Assembly: GCA_031549365.1 (NCBI GenBank)
Contig: JAVBPX010000007.1
Coordinates: 1-64,000, forward strand
DNA from: Alphaproteobacteria bacterium
Lineage (GTDB): Bacteria > Pseudomonadota > Alphaproteobacteria > Rs-D84
DNA: 64,000 nucleotides
Direction: 5' to 3'
Shown here: positions 29,661 through 39,808 of the stretch, one piece after another
Position numbering within the stretch: the first letter of the stretch is position 1
Layout of the letters: every line of letters starts with the position of its first letter
The notes under the pieces: generated by a model
Seen by the model: the letters and a program-made list of their open reading frames with translations, nothing else
Databases searched by the model: none
Told to the model about the DNA's origin: nothing
Position numbers and translations under genes: made by a program

Positions 29661-29790
29661 TACCTCATAGTAAACAAGGATAAATTCATAACTTCTTATG
29701 AAACTAGAATTCCGCTTAACTTTCAACCAAATACACGGTTGACTTCATAACACATCAATTATACCATAATCATAACGAACGGAGGCCTCC

Positions 29791-30879
29791 ATGAAACCAT
29801 TAATCAAACCATCCCCACTAAAACCCGGGGACACAGTCGCCACAGTATCTCTTTCTTGGGGTGGTGCTGGTATATTGCGAGATAGATATGAACAAGGTAA
29901 ACGCCAATTCATGGAAGCATTCGGAGTTAACATCATCGAAATGCCAAATTCATTAAGAACTCCGTCTGAATTATATGAACATCCGGAATTACGCTTGAAC
30001 GATTTAATGGATGCTTTTCAAAACTCGGAAATCAAAGCAATTTTGTGCAATATCGGTGGCGATGACACCATTCGTTTGTTGCGTTTGATGAATGATAAAC
30101 ATTTTGAAATTATGCGCAACAATCCAAAAATATTTATGGGTATGTCAGACACAACCGTTAACCACTTTATGTGTTTAAAGGCTGGAATTTCATCTTTTTA
30201 CAGCCCGGCAACAATGTTCGGATATGCTGAAAATTGCGGCATCCCGGAATTGATAGTGGAAAACACCAAAAAAACATTATTCTCAACCGAACCAATTGGC
30301 GAATTACCACACGCATCAGAATTCATGGTTGATAGGATTGATTGGGAATCTGGTAACGATATTTGTCGCCCACGTATCCCAACCACACCTTGGCGTTTTA
30401 TCCAAGGTGACAAACCAGCAACGGGCCGGTTATTGGGTGGATGCACAGATGTTTTAAATATGTTAAATGGAACACCATTATGGCCGGAAATTGATGAATG
30501 GAACAATACAATTTTATTCTTGGAGAACAGCGAAGAACGCCCATCGCCAGATTATATGTTATATACCCTGCGCTGTTTTGGTGCCCAAGGAATATTGGAT
30601 CGCATCAAAGGAATTATGTTTGCTCGTCCAGGCGGTGAGTTCAAACCGGGCGAAAAATCCGAAAAAGAAGAATGGTTAAAACTTTATCCAAAATTCGATG
30701 ACAAAATTTTAAAAGCATGTCGTGAATATGGGCGCACAGATATTCCAATTGTAACCAATATGGATTTTGGACACACCGTTCCACAATTTATATTACCATA
30801 CGGCGCCATGACCGAGATCGACCCCACAAAGAAAACCATATCAATATTAGAAAGCGCAGTCGATCAAAAGGATAAATAA
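29791..30879 (+). CDS. Peptidase S66 (LD-carboxypeptidase / MccF-like)
   Basis: LKPGDTVATVSLS, IGGDD, FMGMSDTT (Ser), FLENSEE (Glu) and DFGHT (His). Confidence 0.92.
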   Translation: MKPLIKPSPLKPGDTVATVSLSWGGAGILRDRYEQGKRQFMEAFGVNIIEMPNSLRTPSELYEHPELRLNDLMDAFQNSEIKAILCNIGGDDTIRLLRLMNDKHFEIMRNNPKIFMGMSDTTVNHFMCLKAGISSFYSPATMFGYAENCGIPELIVENTKKTLFSTEPIGELPHASEFMVDRIDWESGNDICRPRIPTTPWRFIQGDKPATGRLLGGCTDVLNMLNGTPLWPEIDEWNNTILFLENSEERPSPDYMLYTLRCFGAQGILDRIKGIMFARPGGEFKPGEKSEKEEWLKLYPKFDDKILKACREYGRTDIPIVTNMDFGHTVPQFILPYGAMTEIDPTKKTISILESAVDQKDK

Positions 30880-31838
30880 TGCTCGCAAAAAAATATCTGA
30901 ATAAAATTGTAACTGTAAAAATGGATCGTCCTTTGGGTTCGAAACATCCAAAACATGGGTTTATTTATGAAACAAATTACGGCTTTATCCCAAACACAAT
31001 TTCCGGCGATGGCGAAGAATTGGATGCGTATGTTTTGGGGCCAGATAAACCACTGGATGAATTCACAGGACGCTGTATTGCCATTATCCACAGAACCGAT
31101 GATGACGATGATAAATTAGTGATCGTTCCCGATGGTCTGGATTTGGATGATGAAACAATAGAATCTGAAACCGCATTCCAAGAAAAATGGTTCAAGCATA
31201 TAATTATTCGTGGCGGAGCTTATATTTTTGTCGCTGGTGGTGGCGATCGCGAAGATAGCGCAGAACTTGATAAACACTTCTTCGATTGCATCCCAACAAA
31301 TGGAAAAATTCTTTATTGCCCCGCGGCATTGGATTCGGATAAATATATGGGGGCATTGAAATGGTTCACCGACCTGGTTCGTCATTATCATGAAACAGCA
31401 ATAATAGAAATGCTGACCGAAGATAATGCAACCACAATCAATCTTAACGATTATGACGCAGTATATATTGGTGGTGGAAATACTTATAAACTGATGGACT
31501 TTATTGTAACCAAGGGTATGGACGTAAAATTAAAAGAATATATCAAATCCGGTGGTGTTATTTACGGAGGCAGTGCCGGTGCAATTATATTCGGAAAGTC
31601 AATCGATACAGCGCGTCAGGCAGATGACTCAACTGGATATAACCACACCAAGGGATTAAACCTATTAAACGAAGTCAGTATCGCATGCCATTGGCCGGAA
31701 CACGAAGAGTATGTCCGCCAATTTTCGATTGATAATTTTATGGCGCGAATTTATTGCCTCCCCGAAAATTGCGGAATGATTTTCGATGACCAAGGAGAAT
31801 TATTAATGACCATCGGAAACGGGATAGAGATTTTATAA
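30879..31838 (+). CDS. Inorganic pyrophosphatase-like domain fused to peptidase S51 (PepE-like)
   Basis: N-terminal DRPLGSKHP...NYGFIPNTISGDGEELDAY...DDKL; C-terminal YIGGGNT, GGSAGA and CHW. Confidence 0.85.
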   Translation: MLAKKYLNKIVTVKMDRPLGSKHPKHGFIYETNYGFIPNTISGDGEELDAYVLGPDKPLDEFTGRCIAIIHRTDDDDDKLVIVPDGLDLDDETIESETAFQEKWFKHIIIRGGAYIFVAGGGDREDSAELDKHFFDCIPTNGKILYCPAALDSDKYMGALKWFTDLVRHYHETAIIEMLTEDNATTINLNDYDAVYIGGGNTYKLMDFIVTKGMDVKLKEYIKSGGVIYGGSAGAIIFGKSIDTARQADDSTGYNHTKGLNLLNEVSIACHWPEHEEYVRQFSIDNFMARIYCLPENCGMIFDDQGELLMTIGNGIEIL

Positions 31839-31867
31839 AGATAAAATAACACCATAGAATATATAAA

Positions 31868-32392
31868 ATGACAGATTTTAAAATAAGAAATGCCAAGCCA
31901 GAAGATGCATCGGAAATCGCAAAGGTTATCCAAAGCGCAAGCAACATAGTTTATCGCGGCGTAATGTCGGATGAGCTTTTAAATCAAATGGCCACACCCG
32001 AATATTTAGAAGTTAGTACAGAAAAATTTAAAAATCGCATAGAAGATCAAAACAATGTCTCGCTAGTCGCCGTTGATAGTTCTGGTCGTATTTTGGGGTT
32101 CGTTTATGGCGGTAAAAGCAATGAGCAACTTAAAACAGATTGTGAACTTCATGCTCTCTATGTCCGTCCATCGGCTCAGAGTTCGGGTATTGGTCGAGAA
32201 CTTATGATGCAGTTTGCAAAACAAATGAAAATCCGTGGAGCAAAGACATTCGGTCTAGGCTGCCTCACCGCCAATAAAAGTTATAAATTTTATGAACGGA
32301 TGGGCGGTAAACCAATTTTGGAAACCATAAGCTCACGTGAAAACCTCCCAGAAACGTATTTTGAATATTCAATTGAAAAGTTAATTAACTAA
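31868..32392 (+). CDS. GNAT acetyltransferase
   Basis: IRNAKPEDA, LHALYVRPSAQSSGIGRELM and N..YKFYERMGG. Confidence 0.9.
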   Translation: MTDFKIRNAKPEDASEIAKVIQSASNIVYRGVMSDELLNQMATPEYLEVSTEKFKNRIEDQNNVSLVAVDSSGRILGFVYGGKSNEQLKTDCELHALYVRPSAQSSGIGRELMMQFAKQMKIRGAKTFGLGCLTANKSYKFYERMGGKPILETISSRENLPETYFEYSIEKLIN

Positions 32393-32617
32393 GATATAAG
32401 AAACACCTAAACAGGCGGTTTATTTAAAAACATAGGAAATGCCTAGCTAAAGCATAAAACAACCAACACTCTCATAATACTAATGATTTTACAAAATAAA
32501 CAACTGAAAATTAACAGATTTTAACTGATGCTAGAATATTTCACATATTTTTCAACTTGACTTATTCGTCAAATCTGCATAATAGAATATATAATATTTC
32601 AGCCAAATGAGACGCTT

Positions 32618-33922
32618 ATGAGCAGACACATCGTGATCAGAAAAGAAACATATGGAACTATTGTTTTCTCTCCAGATAAAGCTTGTTTTTATGAAATAAA
32701 AGATACAACCTTAAAAGATTTATTGATCAAAGACCCAAATTTTTTGTCCGCAGTGGAAAAGACGAAATACGCCAATGAGCTTCAAACTCTTGGCGTTTTT
32801 TCTTATCCAGTCCGAATTATTGATAATACAAATAGTAATTCATTTATCCCATTAGAGGCTTATTTTGATTACACATCAAAATGCAACCGAACATGTAGGT
32901 ATTGTTATAACAAAGATTTTATTAACCAAACAACTATGAAACCATCAATTGTTCAAAAAGTTTTCAATGATTTTTATGATCTTGGAATAATGAGAGTTCA
33001 TTTAGCCGGAGGAGAGCCAACGATAGATTATGACGGTATCAAAAACTATATTGAATATGGGAACAAAAAAGGAATGGTCATTTCTATGGCTACAAATGGT
33101 ACTCTTTTGGATGATAAAATGTGCGATCTGCTGACCTCAAATGATTTACTGTCTGTTAGTTTTAGCATTGATTCCGCATCCAAAGAAAAAAATGATGAAC
33201 GCAGAGGTGTTGGAACATTTGATAAATTAATCTCCGGAGTAGAAACATTGGGCAGATATAAAATATTGAATAACAGTTCAGTAGAGATTTGCTTTAAACC
33301 CGTTTATTCCCCAAGCTTTACGAAGCAAGAAGCAATAGATTTAATTGATTTAGCAATAAGTTTAGGTGTTGAAAAAGTTAAATTTGCAAATCCTGAGCGC
33401 TGTTTGTTTCATGAACAAAGATACTATGGAAAGATAAGTTCTGAGTATTATAACACATCTGAAATGCTTCAATCTGTCATTGATGACTATAAACTTAAAA
33501 TCGCATTAACAAACATTACTAATCCCGTATTTTGTAATGCAGATATTGGAATTTTTGAAAATAAAGGATGTATTGGCGCTCAAGAGCTTATAACAATAAA
33601 TCCAGATGGAAGAATTACACCATGTTTAATGAACCACACATTACTGGGTAATTATTATGATTATGAATCTCTATCTCGGTTTCTGGATACATCCAAAGAA
33701 TTAAAAGAATATAGAAAGTCAATAATTACAAAATCTTGTTTCAGTTGCCAATCTTACAAACAATGTCGTGGTGGCTGCCAGGTCAGAAAAATAGTCGAGT
33801 TTGGAAAAATTCAAGGTATTGACCCCCTGTGCCCAATAAAAATGGTTCAACATAAAATAAAACAAACAAATGTAATAAAAAATGAAGCAATCAAAAGAAT
33901 AAACGTTTTTCATTCTCTATAA
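32618..33922 (+). CDS. Radical SAM protein with SPASM domain
   Basis: CNRTCRYC, AGGEP, TNGT, GCIGAQ...PDGRITPC and CFSCQSYKQCRGGC...DPLC. Confidence 0.92.
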   Translation: MSRHIVIRKETYGTIVFSPDKACFYEIKDTTLKDLLIKDPNFLSAVEKTKYANELQTLGVFSYPVRIIDNTNSNSFIPLEAYFDYTSKCNRTCRYCYNKDFINQTTMKPSIVQKVFNDFYDLGIMRVHLAGGEPTIDYDGIKNYIEYGNKKGMVISMATNGTLLDDKMCDLLTSNDLLSVSFSIDSASKEKNDERRGVGTFDKLISGVETLGRYKILNNSSVEICFKPVYSPSFTKQEAIDLIDLAISLGVEKVKFANPERCLFHEQRYYGKISSEYYNTSEMLQSVIDDYKLKIALTNITNPVFCNADIGIFENKGCIGAQELITINPDGRITPCLMNHTLLGNYYDYESLSRFLDTSKELKEYRKSIITKSCFSCQSYKQCRGGCQVRKIVEFGKIQGIDPLCPIKMVQHKIKQTNVIKNEAIKRINVFHSL

Positions 33923-33931
33923 GGAAACACA

Positions 33932-35236
33932 ATGAAGATTTTTCTCATCAGACATGCTTTATCAGAAGGAAATGTAAATCACATAATTCAAGGAAATGAG
34001 TATGATTATGGAATAAGCCAACAAGGGAAAAACAATCTGAATTCGGTCAAAGAAAATTTAAAAGACAAAGGAATTTCATTCATCCTTCACAGCCCTTCTG
34101 CAAGAACTCTGGAAACAGCAGAATATATTTCCAAAAGTCTGAATATTCCAAAACAATCTGTTTCTGAATTAAGGGAATTTGATTCAGGAGTTTTGGCAGG
34201 ATTAACACATGAACAAGCAAAAAAGGACTTTCCTAAATATTATGATGAATGGATAAAAAGAGGAGATTTAGACTTTATTCCGGGTGCAGAGAAAGGGGAT
34301 AACTTACAAGCAAGATCGATTTATATAGCAAAAATACTCCAACAGTACAAAGATGAAACTATTTTAATAATATCGCACGCTGGGTTTATGAGATCTCTTA
34401 TAAATCTGCTATCATCAAAGGCCAGAATATCGCCTATCAATGTTGAGCATGAATATATCCATGAATTAAATATTGATTTAGATGAACATGAAGAAATAAT
34501 AAAAAATCTTCCAAACAAATCATTATCTAAAGTAAAAACACACGAAAAAACATACGTTATTAAAACACGTAAAAGCACAGAATCCCTACCTGATGTTTTA
34601 TACTATAAGCTATCAGAAGTGGGATTAATTCCAAGATTATGTTTCCTAAAATTAGAACATAATAATTTCACTTCTGTATCTATATGGGAAGATGGATATC
34701 ATTTACACGGAAAACTCGAATACAGCAATTTAATCCGGCTTATAAAAGCAGTAGCGACTTTATTCAATATTATAAATGAAAATAATTATAGTAATATACG
34801 AAAGTTTTCAGACATCGTTAATTGCACTTTATCTAAAAATTTATCTTACTCGGAAGTTTTAAAGATATGCCTTAATAAATTGCCAGTAGAAAACAAAATA
34901 ATTCACTATGATTTACATAGAGACAACATCTTATTTCAAAAAGATTTAATAAAAATTCTTGATGTTGACTCTTTGACTATGGGTAGTAAATTACTGCAAA
35001 TTGGAAGCTTTATCGTATCTTCATTTTTAATAGAAGATTATGATGAAAGTATCATTGATAATGTGTTGTATATCTGGAACTCCGATTATTCAAAAGAAGA
35101 TTTAATCCCGGCTATTATAGCTAAGGCTATCTTGTCATACAATTATTTTGAAAAAAATAAAGATGCTCAAAATAGAGAACATTACTTGCAAAAATATAAT
35201 AGCGTAATAAAACATTTTATAGGAAGTATCACATGA
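33932..35236 (+). CDS. Histidine phosphatase (PGM family) fused to an APH/choline-kinase-like phosphotransferase
   Basis: LIRHALS, SPSARTLETA and ISHAG in the N-terminal half; IIHYDLHRDNILF...ILDVD in the C-terminal half. Confidence 0.85.
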   Translation: MKIFLIRHALSEGNVNHIIQGNEYDYGISQQGKNNLNSVKENLKDKGISFILHSPSARTLETAEYISKSLNIPKQSVSELREFDSGVLAGLTHEQAKKDFPKYYDEWIKRGDLDFIPGAEKGDNLQARSIYIAKILQQYKDETILIISHAGFMRSLINLLSSKARISPINVEHEYIHELNIDLDEHEEIIKNLPNKSLSKVKTHEKTYVIKTRKSTESLPDVLYYKLSEVGLIPRLCFLKLEHNNFTSVSIWEDGYHLHGKLEYSNLIRLIKAVATLFNIINENNYSNIRKFSDIVNCTLSKNLSYSEVLKICLNKLPVENKIIHYDLHRDNILFQKDLIKILDVDSLTMGSKLLQIGSFIVSSFLIEDYDESIIDNVLYIWNSDYSKEDLIPAIIAKAILSYNYFEKNKDAQNREHYLQKYNSVIKHFIGSIT

Positions 35237-36468
35237 AAATTGCAATAGTCTCTTTTTATCATCGATACCAGGAATACCCAACTCAATACAGTTTGGCATC
35301 ACTACGCCTCCATCAATATATTTCCCATCATGGTTTTGATAGTCAAATAGTACCATTTTATCTGGACCAAGATAATATTGATATTGCCATTAAGGAGTTA
35401 AGCGACCAGCTTTCAAAATTTGATATCATCGGGTTATCATCATATCATTGGACAAAGAAATATGTAAAAGAAATTTCATCTTTATTAAAAATTAAAAATA
35501 ATAAATCCCAAGTTATCATAGGTGGACCAGAAGCAGAGAATGTAAACCCAAATGAATGGGAAAATGAAATATTTGTAGTTGGAGAAGGTGAGAACTCACT
35601 AATGCAAACCATCAACTATATAAAACGCGGTAAAAAAGATCTCTTGTTTTTCCAAGAGAATACTAATATTTTTGATAAAAATAACCCTGCAAATGAAAAA
35701 ATTGAAACTGAAATTCCATGTTTTAAAAGCCTATTCTCTGGCCTCTCATTTTATGATAGATCTTTCGCATGGTATGAAACAAATCGCGGATGTAGTTATT
35801 CTTGTGGGTATTGTGGACATAAAACTAGGAATAAAGTTGCCTTCTTTAACGACAAAATTATCGAAGATGAAATCAAACAAATTGGCACTATTGGATTTGA
35901 AAAAGTCTTTGTTATTGACCCTAATTTCGGAGGCAATAAAGAGAAAGGGAAACAAATTTTAAAGAAGTTTCATCAATTTGCACCAGATTCAAAATTAACA
36001 ATATATTTAAGACCCGAATTTATTGATGATGAATACATAAATCTTCTTAAAAAAACAAAATTAGCCGAAGTCCGCATAGGAATTCAAACAATTAATGAAA
36101 ACGTTCCCATGTGGGTTCGTTTCAATTCTATGAAGCATGTTCGACAAGAGCTACCAAAACTTTCACAAAATAACATAGAATGGAAAGCCGAACTAATTGT
36201 TGGTTTGCCAGGGGATAATGTGAATGGGTTGCTTCACAGCATTGATTTTGTTGAAAATTCCCTCAAACCATTTTCTTATATGTGCTATCATCTAACCATT
36301 ATAAAAAATACCAAAATAAACAAACTTGTAAATAACTTTAGTAACCCATTATGGCTAAAAATTGATCAAGACAGAAAAGTCAAAGAAGCATCAACCTACT
36401 CAAGTAATGAACTTCAATTGATGCTAGATATCTCCAAAGAAAAAGTATTAAAATACAACCACCGATAG
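35233..36468 (+). CDS. Cobalamin-binding radical SAM protein
   Basis: B12-binding domain (DIIGLSSYHW, VIIGGPE, VGEGE), ETNRGCSYSCGYC, IGIQT and LIVGLPGD. Confidence 0.9.
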   Translation: MKIAIVSFYHRYQEYPTQYSLASLRLHQYISHHGFDSQIVPFYLDQDNIDIAIKELSDQLSKFDIIGLSSYHWTKKYVKEISSLLKIKNNKSQVIIGGPEAENVNPNEWENEIFVVGEGENSLMQTINYIKRGKKDLLFFQENTNIFDKNNPANEKIETEIPCFKSLFSGLSFYDRSFAWYETNRGCSYSCGYCGHKTRNKVAFFNDKIIEDEIKQIGTIGFEKVFVIDPNFGGNKEKGKQILKKFHQFAPDSKLTIYLRPEFIDDEYINLLKKTKLAEVRIGIQTINENVPMWVRFNSMKHVRQELPKLSQNNIEWKAELIVGLPGDNVNGLLHSIDFVENSLKPFSYMCYHLTIIKNTKINKLVNNFSNPLWLKIDQDRKVKEASTYSSNELQLMLDISKEKVLKYNHR

Positions 36469-36469
36469 A

Positions 36470-38308
36470 TTATTTTAAAAAATCATTCAATCTATCGGCA
36501 ATTTTCTTATCAATCAGATTTTTTTTTAAGGAAACGATTTCATCTATTGGCAAACCTTTAAGACCATTTGCAACAGTCATTATTTTTTCATTCTCAGCTT
36601 TAAGCCAATTTTTTGCCATAGATACAACCTGGTCGATTTTAACCATTCCTTTTTCACCAGTTGATCTTACTTTCCATTCAGCAGAACCCTGTTCCAAAGT
36701 CCGTTGACTAATAACAAACTGCAGAGGAACACCCAATAAGTCTATATCGGCAAACTTTTCACCGGCACTGGTGTTTCTGTCATCCAAGATAACTTCAATG
36801 CCTTCTTTTTGCATTTGTTTATACAAATCATTCGCTTGGTTTTCAATGGTTTTGTCTTCTGATTTTCCTGCCAGTGCAACGATGGATACTTTCCATGGTG
36901 CAATCGATACTGGCCAAATAGGACCACGCTCATCATATCTTGCTTCAACTACACTTGCCATTAATCGTCCAATTCCAATGCCATAGCATCCCATAATGGG
37001 CGTTTGAATCTTTGTATTTTCATCCATATATGACATTTTCATAGATTTGGTATATTTATCACCCAATTGGAATATATTACCAACCTCGATACCTCTGTGA
37101 ACTTTGATTGGGCTTCCACATTTTTGACATAAATCACCATCTTGCACGGATACTAAATCAAACAACTCTGCTGTTGGAATATCTCGCTTGATATTGAAAT
37201 TAGCAAAATGATATCCTTCTTCATTGGCTCCTGTAACAAGGTTCTTTTCTAAAGTCAAACCTTCATCAACAATAACTCTCGCGTTTTTTAATTTATACCC
37301 AGAAGCATATCCAGGGACTACTCCAGAATTATCAAATGCAATATCATCTGCGAATTCGGGCATCGCTTGCAAAATTTTCGACAATTTACTTTCATTTACA
37401 TCTCTGTCGCCACGAATCATAACTACAATAGTTCTTTTGTCCCCATCAACAGGTTTATAAACGACAGTCTTTGCAAAACGATTTGATGGCATTTTTAACA
37501 ATTTTGAAACTTCTTCGATTGTTTCTGCATTTGGTGTATAGATTTTTTCCAATGGCTTTTCTGTGTCATTTTCATTAACTACGGTAATCTTTGAGTTTGC
37601 AACTTCTTTGTTTGCTTTGTAATCGCAGTCTGAGCAAGTGATAATTGTGTCCTCTCCGGATGAGGTTAACAACATGTACTCGTGGGCAACTTTACCACCC
37701 ATCATACCACTGTCTGATTTAATAGCAATGACTTCTGGAATCCCAGCCCTCGCAAAAATACGACTGTATGCAATAGCTGCCCTTGCATAGTAGCCTTCCA
37801 AATCTTCCTGAGAGGTATGGAAAGAATATGCATCTTTCATGGTGAATTCCTTAACTCGGATTAACCCTCCGCGTGGACGAGCTTCGTCCCTGAACTTCTT
37901 CGCGAATTGGTATATTGTAAATGGATAATCTTTATAGCTGGTAGCCTCAGTCCTTGCCAAAGCAACAGCAGTCTCTTCATGAGTCATGGCCAAAACCATG
38001 TCATGTTCGTTTCTGTCTTTGAAACGAGCCAATTCATCATTAATGGCGAAATAACGGCCAGATTCTTCCCAAAGCTCTTTTGGTTGAACCAAAGGCATTT
38101 CAACTTCTTGCCCATCAATATTATTCATCTCTTCACGGACAATAGCTTCTATATTCTTTAAAACCTTTAAACCAGGCAATAATGAAGAAAATATCCCACT
38201 GAAAACAGGACGAACATACCCACCACGAATGAGTAACTCATGGCTTTTTAATTTGGTATCACTTGGCTTTTCTTTATAACGTTTGCCAAGAAGTTGATTT
38301 ATCTTCAT
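36470..38308 (-). CDS. proS: Proline--tRNA ligase (long form with INS editing domain)
   Basis: KFRDEARPRGGLIRVKEFTMKDAYSFH, GIEVGNIFQLG, MGCYGIGIGR and an anticodon-binding domain. Confidence 0.96.
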   Translation of the reverse strand: MKINQLLGKRYKEKPSDTKLKSHELLIRGGYVRPVFSGIFSSLLPGLKVLKNIEAIVREEMNNIDGQEVEMPLVQPKELWEESGRYFAINDELARFKDRNEHDMVLAMTHEETAVALARTEATSYKDYPFTIYQFAKKFRDEARPRGGLIRVKEFTMKDAYSFHTSQEDLEGYYARAAIAYSRIFARAGIPEVIAIKSDSGMMGGKVAHEYMLLTSSGEDTIITCSDCDYKANKEVANSKITVVNENDTEKPLEKIYTPNAETIEEVSKLLKMPSNRFAKTVVYKPVDGDKRTIVVMIRGDRDVNESKLSKILQAMPEFADDIAFDNSGVVPGYASGYKLKNARVIVDEGLTLEKNLVTGANEEGYHFANFNIKRDIPTAELFDLVSVQDGDLCQKCGSPIKVHRGIEVGNIFQLGDKYTKSMKMSYMDENTKIQTPIMGCYGIGIGRLMASVVEARYDERGPIWPVSIAPWKVSIVALAGKSEDKTIENQANDLYKQMQKEGIEVILDDRNTSAGEKFADIDLLGVPLQFVISQRTLEQGSAEWKVRSTGEKGMVKIDQVVSMAKNWLKAENEKIMTVANGLKGLPIDEIVSLKKNLIDKKIADRLNDFLK

Positions 38309-38425
38309 TTCATGCCCTTTTTTTGATGTATTCTAGTCATATTCTACGGCAATTATAAATCTAAATCACGTAAAGTCAACAAAATACAAGTGTTATTAAC
38401 ATAATCCTATAAGCCGAAAACTCAA

Positions 38426-39808
38426 TCACATAAAGAATCGGTATTGATACTTTTGCCTAATAATTTCTGGGACATCCCTAACTACTTGGGCAAAAAGACT
38501 AGAATAGTGCAGCGTTATTGGGATTGACTTATACAAAGTATTATTGTTCCAATCAACCTTGGTCAATCCCAATATTGCGCTACACGTATCATGCCAGCCA
38601 TTTGATCCCAAAAACTTTTTTACAAGTACAGGCCGTGGCATAGGAGTTAAAGCGCCTTCTTTAAAAACAGAACGACCAGAAAGATCAACTGTGCCCTGAA
38701 TCCATAAAAGACATTCATTGTTTTTAAATGGTATATAACAACCACGGTTAATCGGATATCCGTCCGCTTGTTTTGCTGCCCTTATCTTTATTCCTTGCCA
38801 GTCAGTATGCTGTATTTGTATTAACTCTAGTTCAATTCCACTGCCAAGCGCCTTTCTACAACCATTTATTTCATCAGAGGAAAAAGGTATTGTTTTATGT
38901 ATGGTAATTTTTTTTGGTATTTTACCAGAGTGAGTATTTTGATATACCTGCAGACTTCTAGACATAATGTTCATGGTCTCTTGTTCGCTAAGATATGGAT
39001 TTCTGTTATTCTCATCCATTGTAAAGTCGGTAACATCATATGCGATAAATTCAAACCCGATACCCGCGGAGTCAAAAATTTGGCTGCAACATGTTATATA
39101 GCTCGAACCTTCAGACTGTTTATTCATCGCATAACTGAGTCCAACAAAAGCCTCATCATTAGTGGTAACATCTAATTTCCAGGGGATTCCGCCAGCTTTT
39201 GCATAAGTAGCTATGCTTATTCCCCACATAACATTAGCTCGGCAATTTCCACTGGATTTATCGGTAATTATTTGAATAGGCACCCCTAATGGTGCTGCAA
39301 TAGCTTTTATGAAATTATGAAGATCAAAATCAGGCGTTTTAAAAATCCCATGCCATGTATCTGGCAAATAAAGAAATAAAACTTCAAATCTCATCTTTTG
39401 TTGATTTATAGATATCAAAACCTCTTTGAATTTTTGTTTGAAAGAGCATATGTCACCACTCCTGGCAAAAACATCAATCTCAGAATCAAATTCAAAGTTT
39501 AAAGAGCTGTCCAAAACTATTTTGGTTCTGAAAATATTTTCAAAACCTATATAATCTGGATAATATTCTGGTGCATATAATGGTTTGATCGTTGAGGATA
39601 ATTCTGTCATAACTCCAGAAATTTTACCATTTCCACCAATAGGGGTCAGGCTGGCAATACGTATTGTATCTAAATATTTTAAATCCAAACTGTATGGTCC
39701 AAATGCTTTCAAGCCCAAAAGAGGATTTACAGATTTATTGCCGCCAGCAAATACCAATTCAGGTTCTTTAACCTGTGAATATGCAGATAATCTAGAGGTA
39801 GTAGTCAT
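38426..39808 (-). CDS. Short prokaryotic Argonaute (MID-PIWI)
   Basis: EPELVF, GLKAFGPYS, YAKAGGIPWKL, LTKVDWN, PITLHYS and terminal YRFFM; coupled to SIR2-APAZ. Confidence 0.92.
   Translation of the reverse strand: MTTTSRLSAYSQVKEPELVFAGGNKSVNPLLGLKAFGPYSLDLKYLDTIRIASLTPIGGNGKISGVMTELSSTIKPLYAPEYYPDYIGFENIFRTKIVLDSSLNFEFDSEIDVFARSGDICSFKQKFKEVLISINQQKMRFEVLFLYLPDTWHGIFKTPDFDLHNFIKAIAAPLGVPIQIITDKSSGNCRANVMWGISIATYAKAGGIPWKLDVTTNDEAFVGLSYAMNKQSEGSSYITCCSQIFDSAGIGFEFIAYDVTDFTMDENNRNPYLSEQETMNIMSRSLQVYQNTHSGKIPKKITIHKTIPFSSDEINGCRKALGSGIELELIQIQHTDWQGIKIRAAKQADGYPINRGCYIPFKNNECLLWIQGTVDLSGRSVFKEGALTPMPRPVLVKKFLGSNGWHDTCSAILGLTKVDWNNNTLYKSIPITLHYSSLFAQVVRDVPEIIRQKYQYRFFM

Noticed and set aside
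32393-32617. RiPP precursor peptide for the radical SAM-SPASM enzyme
   Set aside because: Only 10-13 codon ORFs without a convincing RBS are present, one overlapping the likely promoter; none looks like a leader-core peptide.
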